Assembly: GCF_006345805.1 (NCBI RefSeq)
Contig: NC_042997.1
Span: forward strand, 202,182,001-202,246,000
DNA from: Octopus sinensis
Lineage: Eukaryota
Reading direction: 5' to 3'
DNA: 64,000 bases
Shown here in pieces: positions 1 to 12,350 of the stretch. A model generated the notes under the pieces. The model searched no databases and was not told the DNA's origin. It saw only the letters and a program-made list of their open reading frames with translations. The position numbers and the translations under genes are program-made. Positions within the stretch are counted from its first letter, which is position 1; each line of letters starts with the position of its first letter.

Positions 1-302
1 GTGTTCATAATCGTCAGAGTGTAAGTACTTTGAGAGAAAAGTTGAACCTAAGAAGTGTCAGTTGTGGTGTGCAAGAGAGACGGCTGCGCTGGTATGGTCA
101 TGTGACGAGAATGGCTGAAGATAGTTGTGTGCAAAAGTGCTACACCCTAGCAGTTGAGGGAACCTGTGGAAGAGGTAGACCCAGGAAAACCTGGGACGAG
201 GTGGTGAAGCACGACCTTCGAACTTTAGGTCTCACCAAGGAAATGACTGAAGACCGAGTCCTATGGAAGTGTGCTGTGCATGAGAGGACCCGGCAGGACT
301 AG
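1..302 (+). CDS. C-terminal fragment of RTE LINE ORF (downstream of the RT domain)
   Basis: ORF track 30..302 with LRWYGHV and GRPRKTW motifs; TAG at 300-302. Confidence 0.8.
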   Translation, partial: VHNRQSVSTLREKLNLRSVSCGVQERRLRWYGHVTRMAEDSCVQKCYTLAVEGTCGRGRPRKTWDEVVKHDLRTLGLTKEMTEDRVLWKCAVHERTRQD

Positions 303-2800
303 TCAGGCCATATCCCGTGGCCCCTACCTGGGACGTAGTCGATCCACCTGTGCATACCTTCCTTCTTGTGACACTTCTGAAGACCTGCTGAGGCAAGTGA
401 AAATCAATCAAAATAGATGAACATCAATGGAATTTGTATCTTTGTGGTACCAGTGCCTGTGGCACACAAGAAAACTATCCGAACGTGGCCGTAGCCAGTA
501 CCGCATCGACTGGCCTCCGTGCTGTGGGAACATGGTGGCACATAAAAACACCATCCGAAGACCCGGCAAGACTAGTCAGGTCATAACCCGTGGGCCCTAC
601 CTGGGACGTAGTCAGTCCACCTGTACATACCTTCCTTCTTGTGACACTTGTGAAGACCTGCTGAGGCAAATCAAATCAAATCAAATCAAATCAAATCAAA
701 TCAAATCAAAATAGATGAACATCAAATCAAATCAAAACAAATCAAAATAGATGAACATCAATGGAATTTGTATCCTTGTGGTACCAGTGCTGGTGGCACA
801 CAAGAATCCATCCGAACGTGGCCGTAGTCAGTACCGCTTGTGGTACCAGTGCCGGTGGCACACAAGAATCCATCCGAACGTGGCCGTAGTCAGTACCGCT
901 TGTGGTACCAGTGCCGGTGGCACACAAGAATCCATCCGAACGTGGCCGTAGTCAGTACCGCATCACTCGCCATCGTGCTGTGGCACATAACAAACACCAT
1001 CCGGTCGTGGCCGTTCGCCAGCCTCATCTAGCACCTGTGTCGGTGGCACATAAAAAGTAGTCAGTACCGCTTGTGGTACCAGTGCCGGTGGCACACAAGA
1101 ATCCATCCGAACATGGCCGTAGTCAGTACCGCATCACTGGCCATCGTGCTGTGGGCACATAACAAACACCATCCGGTCGTGGCCGTTCGCCAGCCTCATC
1201 TAGCACCTGTGTCGGTGGCACATAAAAACACCTTCCGAAGACCCGGCAAGACTAGTCAGGCCATAAACCATGGCCCCTACCTGGGACGTAGTCAGTCCAC
1301 CTGTGCATACCTTCCTCCTTGTGATACTTGTGAAGGCCTGTTGAGGCAAGTGAAAATCAAAATCAAAATCAAATCAAAACAAATCAAAATAGATGAACAT
1401 CAATGGAATTTGTATCTTTGTGGTACCAGTGCCGGTGGCACACAAGAGAAAACCATCCGAAAGTGGCCGTAGCCAGTACCGCATCGACTGGCCTCCGTGC
1501 TGTGGGCACATGACAAACACCATCCGATCGTGGCCGTTCGCCAGCCTCATCTAGCACCTGTGTCGGTGGCACATAAAAACACCATCCGAAGACCCGGCAA
1601 GACTAGTCAGGCCATAACCCATGGCCCCTACCTGGGACGTAGTCAGTCCACCTGTGCATGCCTTCCTTCTTGTGACACTTGTGAAGACCTGTTGAGGCAA
1701 GTGAAAATCAAATCAAATCAAAACAAATCAAAATAGATGAACATCAATGGAATCTGTATCTTTGTGGTACCAGTGCCGGTGGCACACACTTTGTGGTACC
1801 AGTGCTGGTGGCACACAAGAGAACCATCCGAACGTGGCCGTAGCCAGTTCCGCATCGACCGGCCTCCGTGCTGTGGGCACGTAACAAACACCATCCGATC
1901 ATGGCCGTTCGCCAGCCTCATCTGGCACATAAAAACACCTTCGAAGACCCGGCAAGACTAGTCAGTCCACCTGTGCATACCTTCCTTCTTGTGACACTTG
2001 TGAAGACCGGTTGAGGCAAGTGAAAATCAAAATCAAATCAAAATAGACAAAATAGATGAACATCAATGGAATTTGTATCTTGTGGTACCAGTGCCTGTGG
2101 CACACAAGAATCCATCAGTGCCGTAGTCAGTGCGGTGGGCACATGACAAACACCATCCGATCGTGGCCGTTCGCCAGCCTCATCTAGCACCTGTGTCGGT
2201 GGCACATAAAAACACCATCCGAAGACCCAGCAAGACTAGTCAGGCCATAACCCATGGCCCCTACCTGGGACGTAGTCAGTCCACCTGTGCATACCTTCCT
2301 TCTTGTGACACTTGTGAAGACCTGTTGAGGCAAGTGAAAATCAAAACAAATCAAAATAGATGAACATCAATGGAATTTGTATCTTTGTGGTACCAGTGCC
2401 GGTGGCACGTGGCACATAAGAAAACCATCCGAACGTGGCCGTAGCCAGTACCGCATCGACTGGCCTCCGTGCTGTGGGCACGTAACAAGCACCATCCGAT
2501 CGTGGCCGTTTGCCAGCCTCATCTGGCACCTGTGTCGGTGGCACATAAAAACACCATCCGAGCGTGGCCGTCTGCCAGCCTCGTCTGGCACCTGTGTCGG
2601 TGGCACATAAAAACACCATCCGAGCGTGGCCGTCTGCCAGCCTTGTCTGGCACCTGTGTCGGTGGCACATAAAAACACCATCCGAGCGTGGCCGTCTGCC
2701 AGCCTCGTCTGGCACCTGTGTCGGTGGCACATAAAAACACCATCCGAGCGTGGCCGTTTGCCAGCCTCGTCTGGCACCTGTGTCGGTGGCACATAAAATC
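287..2800 (+). repeat. Compound tandem array in the LINE 3' UTR: six large units with internal (CAAAT)n and 62-bp sub-repeats
   Basis: Units begin GACCC(G/A)GCA(A/G)GACTAG at 287, 560, 1240, 1591, 1946 and 2224. A 62-bp period is seen at 781/843/905 and at 2541/2603/2665/2727/2789. Confidence 0.95.
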
Positions 2801-2963
2801 ACCCACTACACTCTCGGAGTGGTTGGCGTTAGGAAGGGCATCCAGCTGTAGAAACACTGCCAGATCTGACTGGACTGGTGCAGCTTTCGGGCTCCCCAGA
2901 CCCCAGTTGAACCGTCCAACCCATGCTAGCATGGAGAGCGGACGTTAAATGATGATGATGATG

Positions 2964-2995
<32 letters not shown>

Positions 2996-4169
2996 TTGTG
3001 TCTGTATTTGTCCCTCGAACATCGCTTGACAACCGATGCTGGTGTGTTTACATTCCCATAACTTAGCGGTTCGGCAAAAGAGATCGATAGAATAACTACT
3101 AGGCTTACAAAGAATAAGTTTTGGGGTCGATTTGCTCGACATAAGGCAGTGTTCCAGCATGGCCGCAGTCTAATGACCAAAACAAGTAGAAGAGTCCCAA
3201 ATTGCTAGCCTCGTCCCAAAGTTTGAAATCAATATTTCTTCCTGTACTTTATGTTCTGATTTTCAATCCCTCCAAGGTTAACTCAGCCCTCTGAGATTAA
3301 TGAAACAGCATCAAATACTGAGGTTAATAGCATCAACCACCCAGCAACCCTTGAAATTGTTAGCTCTGTGTTTAACTCAGTTGTGTTGTGTTCCTGGTCT
3401 GAGATCTCCACCGGATTCCTGGTAAAGTGGTAATGAACAACACTTGTAGAAAGAGAAGATAAAATGCTAAAAATAGACCGCCGATCATGTTACAGCTTTG
3501 TAGTCAAGTGTAATTATGGCTCGTTGCTAATGGTGTCCCCCATCAAAGCTCTTGTTCCTCTTTTGTAGTTAATTGTAAAAAAAGAAAATTGATAAAACAA
3601 GCATATAATGAACCCAGCACTTTATCTTGTAAACGAGCAAGGCTTTGACTCTTTGCAGTTAAGGAAATTATTGATATGTATTCTTCAGACAAAAAGCTTA
3701 CACTTACTCAGGCAATGTGAGTGATTTGGACAATCAAGCTGGTGAAAGTCATTAGGAAAGTAACGATGTGAGCTAACAAATATGGTAGCTGAGAGAAAGG
3801 CTTATTATTGTTATTCTCCTCAATTTTTTTTTTTGTGATTTTCTCCATAGTTTTACCTGCAGTCATTTCTCTTGAGCTGTGTATGCAACTATTTTTTTTT
3901 CACTTAGAATCCCAGGAGGAGGGTAAAGTTAGACACAGAGGCCCAGTTCTGAGAATGTACAACTAGAAATGATGGTGCGTCAGGCGAAATATTTAACATC
4001 ATTTCTTCTGACTCTATATTCTGAGTTCAAATTCCACTGAGGTCAACTTTGACTTGCATCTTTTTGGGGTCAATAAAATAAAGTACCTGTCTTGTACTGG
4101 GATTGATGGTATTGACTTATCCCTCATTCTCTAAAATTACTAAACTTGTGCCAAAATGTACTGGCCACA

Positions 4170-4384
4170 AGGCAGCGAGCTGGCTGAAACGTTAGCACGC
4201 TGGGCAAAATGCTTAGCGGTATTTCATCGTCTTTGTGTTCTGAGTTCAAATTCCACCGAGGTTGACTTTGCCTTTCATCCTTTTGGGGTTGATAAATTAA
4301 GTACCAGTTGCGTACTGGGGTTGATATAATCAACTGGCCCTGTCCCCCAAAATTTCAGGCCTTGTACCTAGAGTAGAAAAGAAT
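4170..4384 (+). mobile_element. tRNA-derived SINE with Nin-like central domain
   Basis: B-box-like GAGTTCAAATTCC; GCCTTTCATCCTTTTGGGGTTGATAAATTAAGTACCAG core; 14-bp TSD ATGTACTGGCCACA at 4156-4169 and 4385-4398. Confidence 0.85.
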
Positions 4385-5383
4385 ATGTACTGGCCACATT
4401 GCTTCATAACCATGCAGTTCTTTGGACAAGTGTCTTCTGCTATAGCTCCAAGCTAAAAAAACACCTTGTGTACAGAACTGGCAAATGGAAACTGTATAGA
4501 AGTGTATGTGTGTGTGTGATTTCTATCTACATCTCTGTAAGTCATTGCCTGGACAGAAAACACACACACATACATATAGGATAGGTTGGTTTTTTTTAAG
4601 TTTCCATTTACCAAATCCACTTACAAGGCTTTTGTATGCCTGAGGCTATAATAGAAGACACTTGTGCAAGGTGCCACACAGTGGGACTGAACCCAGAACC
4701 ATGTGATTGGGATGCTCTGTACTTTCAAAGATCAATGGAATGGAAAATAAAGTCCTTTGTTAAACATTTGATGGTTGGGGACATAAAACGTATTCAACCA
4801 TGAAATTCTGTTTCAAATAAGCCTCCAGCCAACCATGCCAGTATGAAAGAATCGATGTAAAGATGAACAAATAATTCATTTTTTAATTATAATCTTATTT
4901 AAAACACAGATTTGGGGTTTTATCCCTCTACATTGCACCCAGGGCAAGTGTCTTGTACTATATCCCTGAGCTAACCAAAGCCTTGTGAGAGGATTTAGCA
5001 GACGGAAACTAGAAGAAGCTTTTTGTAAATGTATGTATACATGTCTGTTTGTGTACTTGAGTGTTGCCATCATTTGTAAACAAGCATCACCATCATACAA
5101 GTGATGTTTATTTCCAGTCTTCTATGAAATACCTCTCTGGTCATGGGAAAATATTATCTTGCTTGGAAACAGGAGAGGGTTTATGACAGGAAGGCAATCC
5201 ACTCATAAGAAAAAAGTTTGCTTCAACAAATTTCATTTGGTCCATACAAGCATGGAAAAGTGGATGTTAAATGGTGGTGGTGATGACAATGATGATGATG
5301 ATAGTATCTCTATTTTTCAAATTATTTCTATTATTCAAGAATATTTTTTATATCTGCTGCATTATTTTTTATCATAATTTAAT

Positions 5384-5634
5384 ATTCTGTTGTGTCTGGG
5401 GAGAGTCATTTTCTTTTTGTGCCTTATAATGTAACACACTCACCGGTAAAATTTCCACTTTTTCCTTATTTTTATTTTCCTAAAATTTTCATTGCATCTT
5501 GCAACCTTTTCAATAGTCTTGACTCTCATTATAAGGCACAAAAAGAAAATTACTCTCCCCAGACACAACAGAATATGCTTCAACACACGAAATCATATAA
5601 AGAATCTTGCAAACCAAATCCAAAAATGAAATAA
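5384..5634. mobile_element. Short inverted-repeat element, probably PLE pseudo-LTR derived; same family as 39122-39373 and 61167-61605
   Basis: TTCTGTTGTGTCTGGGGAGAGTCATTTTCTTTTTGTGCCTTATAATG is inverted against ~5527-5575; near-identical sequence occurs at the other two loci. Confidence 0.6.
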
Positions 5635-7460
5635 AATTTAATATTGTTTTTAAGAATTGAAATTTATATTTTCTTTTTTTTTTTAAATATGCATCAAATA
5701 TTGCAACATCAACATCATTATCACCATTATCATTTCATGTCCACTTTCCATTGTCTGGCTGGCTGGCTGGGATCAAATCAGTTGGAAGACCATGTCTTTC
5801 TCTAATGCCTTATTTTTGACATGGTTCTTACAGCTGGGCGCCCATACTAAGTCCTGCTATTTTACAGAGTGTTGTGGATGCATTTGTCATAGCACCAGCA
5901 ATGAACTCACCTTGTAATAAGCAAGAGTAAAGATTTTCCCTCACCTGAGAAGGAGAATAGGATAATAGAGAATATGTAGAAGAGTGCATGTGTGTGTAGG
6001 GGGTAATTTGTAATGACATTTTATCTAGTAATTTGAAAAAGGCTGGTGGCTTTATGTAGTGTGTCAAGAGGTTAAACTCTGATGAGAAGAACAGGTTTAT
6101 TATTGAGGAGAAAATTCATGGCTACCCTGCATTTTACATGGGTGGATAGAGGTGGACAGATTAGTGCCAGAAAGAGAAACAAGAATGTGCTGACAAGTGA
6201 TATATTCATTTACATATCATCATCGTTTGATGTCCACTTCTTTTACTAGTATGGATTGGTCAGTTTGACAGGAGCTGGCAAGCCAGAGAATTGCACCAGG
6301 CTTAATTGTCTGTTTTCGGCATGGCTTCTAGATGCCCTTCCTAAAGCCAACCACTTCACAGAGTGTACTGGGTGCTTTTTACATGGCACCAACACCAAAT
6401 TTGAAACTATGATTAAACTTTGAAGAATAATTTCTTGAAAGTCTTCATGTGTCATAAGTCAATTCTGTTGACAATACTTCATTATAGAAAGAAATCTCAT
6501 AACTGCAGCCTCTCTAAGCATACTCACATAACACAAGTGACAGAGGTGTGGAAGGACTGAAATTTAAAGATGTCCAGGTTTCTATGCAAGAATTGTGAGT
6601 GAAATTGCTTTTCACTCGAAAGAATAATTTAATTGTATAAATGGCAAATTAGAGATTACTGCAAGGAATTGCCTGCTACTAAATACAACAGCAATATTTC
6701 AAGAATTTTGATGGCTTGTAGTTATAAGAAACCACAGAAATTTCTGATAATAACAATATTTCTTCCACATTTACTGAAACATAACAAGTTAAAGACTGTA
6801 TTCAGACTTCATTTAGTTCTATGTACTTACTGATTGTGGTAAATAGAAGTAAATTTAAAAGAAGAATTTATTCTGACAGCTGACATAATGGCTGTTTTTA
6901 TTGATAGTTAGCAAAGCAATAAAAATATCAGGAATACATTTTAAATATTATCCACCAGTTTGACACAAGATGTTTATACATATCTCTTAAATTATGTCAA
7001 GCTTTGGTATTTGTTAAATATTACAGAGAAATGAAGACATTGTTTCAGAATGCTGAGAAATATTACAGTGGGGTTAATTTTTAAATTTCCATTCATTGTT
7101 GTATTTGGTTTGCAAGATTCTGGAAAAGAACTTATGTGCAGAACAGATTTTGTTATGTCTTTGGAGCGTCATTATGCCAATAAACACACACACTGGTTCT
7201 ATTTCACATTACTATTTGTCAATTTGTGAACTATTTAACCTATTAACTAACTGATCGTTTAATTAACTGTTTGATTAATCAATCACTTGGTTATGTTTGT
7301 CAAAGTTTTTTTCATCACCATTCGTGACTTCATCAATGACATGCTCTCTCTCTGCTCTGTCATTTCCAGGTCTGTTTGTCTGTCTCTTAGGTTTTAGGTT
7401 CTGTATTTAATTTCTTTTGTATCATTTTCAATTTATTTTTCAAGGGTGTTTATTTACTAA

Positions 7461-7692
7461 AGGCGGCAAGCTGGCAGAAACGTTAGCACACCGGGCGAAA
7501 TGCTCAGCAGTATTTCGTCTGTCACTACGTTCTGAGTTCAAATTCTGCTGAGGTCGACTTTGACTTTCATCCTTTCGGGGTCGATTAAATACGTACCAGT
7601 TACGCACTGCGGTCGATGTAATCGACTTAATCCGTTTGTCTGTTCTTGTTTGTCCTCTCTGTGTTTAGGCCCTTGTGGGTAGTAAAGAAATA
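7461..7692 (+). mobile_element. Nin-domain-type SINE
   Basis: Same head and core as 4170; flanked by the GGTRTTTATTTACTAA duplication. Confidence 0.85.
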
Positions 7693-7847
7693 GGTATTTA
7701 TTTACTAATTCATGAGGGCCATACAGAATAATAAGAATCCAAACAATAACTTATCTATTCATTTTTAATATGTTCTGGCAAGTTCAAATATGAAAAATCT
7801 GATTGCTGCTGTTTTTAGTCATCAGAGAACACATTTTCTGTTTAGAC

Positions 7848-8072
7848 CAGTGATTCTCAACAAGGATCCGCATGATCCTTAAAGGTCCACATAAGATTTA
7901 GTTATTAAAATTTATGTGGTTATACTTCTACAATACAAAAAATATTTCAACATTTTTTCATACAGTTCCTTCTAATATCTAATTATAAAATAGAATGGGA
8001 TTTTTCCAAGCATCAAATAGCAGTGAATGTCCAGCAGAATAATATAGGAATGAAAGAGATCTGTAAGCAAGA
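7848..8072. mobile_element. Truncated hAT-type MITE, same family as 14710-15519
   Basis: Starts CAGTGATTCTCAA; internal sequence resembles 14710-15519; right TIR absent. Confidence 0.55.
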
Positions 8073-8123
8073 AACCGCAATCCTATGACTGTGAGTCCGC
8101 TGCCCTAACCACATATTATTATT

Positions 8124-8187
<64 letters not shown>

Positions 8188-8523
8188 GTGGGGAATATAA
8201 TTTCAAAACTTACAGGGAAAAATTCAATTTAACAATTTTAAATCAAATTTCACAATATATAATATATGTATATAATTTAGAGAAAAACCACTATTAAACA
8301 ATTCAATATGTACTCAATACATGAAGTGTCATTGTTGACAATATATACCCACCAGTACACTTGAAATAGAATCTAAAAAATGTGTATAGTCTTTTTACTA
8401 CTTTTTACTATTTATTGTACTTTATTGATTCTTAAAATAAGGTTTTTTTTTATAGTATATGTTTTCTATATGGTGTGAATAACATCCTTCTTTATTGAAT
8501 TGTTTAATAGTGGTTTTTCTCTA

Positions 8524-8594
<71 letters not shown>

Positions 8595-8989
8595 CATATA
8601 TATGGGTCAAGTGGCTTACCACTCCCTGAACATCTCATGAGGTTGGTGATTTTGTGTGGACATTTGAGTTATATTTTTTAGATCCATATTTCTAGCAACT
8701 GCACATGCTATTTTGCACTATCAGGCAACTTTTAAGCTAGCTCCTGTGGAGGGCTCTTCATTGGGTCTTGAGCCCTATAATGACACTTTGTGTATTGAGT
8801 ACATATTAAATTTTATTAAACTTGACCAATATTTTTCAAGCAATGAACAATTTTCGTCAAAAACAATATAATATGTCAACTTGGAACTTATTGCAAAGCT
8901 TCATAATAAACAACACTTTTTGTCTTCTCATTCAGGGGTCAGTAAAATTTTTTCTTCTGTCTAACCTCTTTCTCTCTCTCTCTTTCTGT

Positions 8990-9240
8990 TGATTGTTTTC
9001 AACCACCACCATCACCATTACCACCACCATCGCCACCACAACTGCCATACACACACCATTCAGACTTCTGTTGCCACCACCATCAACACCTTTGATTTCA
9101 CCACCTTCCTCTCCACCTCCATCACCAGTCTTTCACATCACTTACTATCACTATCATCACCGTCGCCACCACCTCTATCACAACTACAGCTCATACTATT
9201 ACTTTCACCCCATTACAGTCTATGACTGCCCTTATTATCT
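8990..9240. repeat. Degenerate (CAC/CAT)n low-complexity tract
   Basis: Visible trinucleotide repeats; source of the His/Thr-rich spurious ORFs. Confidence 0.85.
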
Positions 9241-11329
9241 CTATGCCAACTATTAGTAGAAGTGTCATTGAATAGTGAGAGAGGGGATCAAAGTGTGACA
9301 CACTGACACACAGAAATTCGTGTTGGCATTTATTATTATAGATACATACACAATGGGTTTCTTTTAGTCTCCATCTACGAAATCCACTCAAAAGGCTTTG
9401 GTTAGCCTGAAGCTATAGTAGGAGACACTTGCCTAAGGTAACACTCAGTGGGACTGAACCCTGAACCGTGTGGTTGAGAAGCAAGCTTCTTAACAGAGTT
9501 GCTTTGACTATCTTGTAATATCAAATAAACCCACCAAAAAGATAAGCAATGATGATGATGATGGTGACGACAATGATCTCAACAATGAAATTTTGATTCT
9601 TTCAACCTTAAACTCATTCTCATTTCAAATAGCTCAATGAGCATTACAGCAGTGGTTTTCAATAGCGATGTTGATCATCATCATCATCGTTATCCTCATC
9701 GCCATCACAGTCACTGTTCACAGAAATGAAAATGTGAAATGGTTTCTCCATGCTTGCCTGAATTAAGAGTTACGTTCAATATGTAAATATTCTTGAACTG
9801 AATTTTCAGTAATAAAAGCCTTCTATAAAATCCACAATTGAATTGACTATCAACTGTATGTCCTTTGAAAAGCATTCAACTGTCTCAGGGAAGTCTAAAG
9901 AAGTATCAGGAATTTTCTGTAGCTGTTCAAAACGGAATAAAATCAGTAGTTATTCCATATTATACAGAAATATCTTTCTTCTATTGGCTTTGCTGTCATG
10001 TTATCAGTAACATTTTTCAAACTGCTGTATTGATTTTTCAAGTTTCTTTCAATGAAACGATTCCAAGAGCACACACAAAGATTATAAGGAATATTAATAA
10101 TAATTTTGTATATTCAAGATGGTTTTTAACCTATTCATGCCAGTAAGTGGGAATGTACTCTCTCTGTTTTCAATTGAAACACAAGACATCGATGATTTCA
10201 TTTGTGAAGGTTTTATCTTCATAAAGTGAATATCTACCGAAATTTATAATGGCATTATATTAAAAGATAATGATGCATTAGTTGCACAATTAGAAACACT
10301 ATTTCCTGATTTCTAAATCTTTAAAACTTTCTACATAACAGAATATTCTTTGAACGTAATCTCTTGTGTTTTAACTATCAAAAATCATTATTCATTTATT
10401 CCCATTAGTATTTAGAACAATCCTGTCTTGCAGACAATTCACAAAGTACTTACGTTATGCAAAAGTCCATATCTATTTACTCAGATGTGTAAATTTAATT
10501 GAAAATACATTGATTAGAATTTCATTTGAAAGAAAAGAGCCATCATTTGTTCATCCCTTCTGTATACATTAGAATAACTGCCATCAAAATCCATTTACAT
10601 TAACGGTGATTGTTTGACTTGTGCTCTAAAACTAATTTCATTTTATTTCATTCTTCATTCTATTAGCAAGAGTGGTCTGATGATGAGATTGATCTTCGTG
10701 GATATGATTTGATAAAAACATTGAATTTAAAAGTAGCAGCTTTCAGTTTGAAACACTCATCCCAACCTAGACTAAATCCTGCAGGAAATTAGTGATTTGT
10801 TTTGTTTTTTAATTTAATCTGATAAATAATATTTAAATCCTGAAGCCTGCTCTCTTTTGTGCCAGTTACAACATATTTTTATGTATGTAAAGAAGAAGAA
10901 AAATGAACACTAATTTAATTAATTTTCCTTTATAAAGACTAGAATAAGAAGTACTTAAATTTTACAAAATTTTAGTCTAATTATCAGATAAAAAAAAATA
11001 AAAGCAAAAGATTCAAATCCTCAAAGTAAGATTATAATACCATACTAGTTTGTTAGTGTTATTTTCTTTGTGAGAAGTAGTTTATGATCATTGATTAGAA
11101 GGATATGTTAACGACCAAACTGAGTTTATACTAAAGAAATGCTAACATGTATGAGACAGATCTAGTTTCAGCATTGATAATATAAAGTACCAATCAAAGA
11201 CTGCTGAGGTCAACTTTGCTTTTCATTGTTTCAGGGTCAATAAAATAAGTACCAGTTGATTACTGGCATCAATGTAATCAACTAGCCCCCTCCCTCAAAA
11301 TTTCAAGCCTTGTGCCTTTAGTAAGAAGG

Positions 11330-11370
<41 letters not shown>

Positions 11371-11999
11371 CATAGGGAAGATTGCCCCCACTGACCTCCT
11401 TTGACCAGGAGGGGAAGGCAATTTTCATTTGTCTGGTGGCTGTAGCGAAAAACGTGGTATGATGGACCCTTTCCTCTTTGGCCAAGGCCTCATCAACTTT
11501 TTCAAGTTCCACTTGAAAAAGGAAGGTGAGAATAGAGAGGGAAATGTTGTCTTGTAGCTAATTTGTTGAAAGGTGGGTGACTGTCGGAAGAAATGCATAA
11601 CATTAACATAGTTCTCAGGCAGATTCAGCCTCACACAGAATATGGCAAGACAGGCCCCTTTGAATTACAGCTACAGTTTGTTTTGGCTAGCTGAGTGGAC
11701 TGGAGCAAGATAAAGCTTCAAGTGGTTGGAAGAAAACGTAAAAAGGTCCTATATAGGGGCAGGAAAATCTTTTTAGTCGTTAGGGTTACTGTGGGTGTTA
11801 ATCTAGTCCTAACAGCGACATTTGTGGGTCTTACAGATCTGGACACCAAGCCTCCAGATAAACACCAATGTGTAGGTTGTTGTTATCAAACTGAGCGTGA
11901 GTCGAGGGCAAATACACAATGGAAGAGCAATTATTTCTTCTTAGCTTTCACTGCTTATACTAAACACATGATATTTTTGTCTTATAATATGGAACATTT

Positions 12000-12350
12000 C
12001 CTTTACTTTCACTCTTTTTAACAAATGGCACTCTGTCGGATGCAATAACAAGGTTCTTGTTTATCTGATCAACAGAACAGTCTACTTGTAAAATTAATAT
12101 GCAAGTGGCTGAGTACTTCACAGACATGCATACCATAAGGTAGTTCTCAGGGTGATTGAACCTCACACAGAATGTGATAAGGCTGGCCTCTTTGAATTAC
12201 AGCTACAACTCATCTTTGCAAGCTGAGTACACTGCAGCAAGGTGAAGTACAGTATCTTGCTCAAGAACACAGTGCACTGCAGGGAATCGTACTCATGACT
12301 TTACGATCGTGGGCTGAATAACCCAAACCAGTGAGCCATGCACCTCCACT
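12000..12350 (-). mobile_element. CORE-like tRNA-derived SINE; related partial copy at ~11560-11720
   Basis: Minus strand has a tRNA-like head followed by GTGTTCTTGAGCAAGATACTG; body shared with 11560-11720. Confidence 0.6.

Larger units (their letters stand above)
1..2965 (+). mobile_element. RTE-clade non-LTR retrotransposon, 3' end (ORF C-terminus, tandemly expanded 3' UTR, (GAT)n tail); 5' part lies outside the window
   Basis: ORF to stop at 302 reads RRLRWYGHVTRM...GRGRPRKTWDEVV...D, the typical RTE C-terminus. The tail carries GGAAGGGCATCCAGCTGTAGAAAC and ends GGACGTTAAAT(GAT)n at ~2940-2965. Confidence 0.85.

Noticed and set aside
377-410. CTGAAGA...GAAA hammerhead-like string in the LINE UTR
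   Set aside because: The other five units read GTGAAG; stem II does not abut GAAA; no stem I or III
778-2800. CRISPR-like regular 62-bp periodicity
   Set aside because: Units are near-identical along their whole length with no unique spacers; no cas genes; eukaryotic LINE UTR context
427-2948. Many overlapping ORFs in the array
   Set aside because: Translations of tandem repeats downstream of the LINE stop; no recognisable domain
8675-8730. Minus-strand CTGATAG...TAGCA/TGCTA-GAAAT..ATC hammerhead-like string
   Set aside because: Core box is wrong and too far from the stem; no stem I
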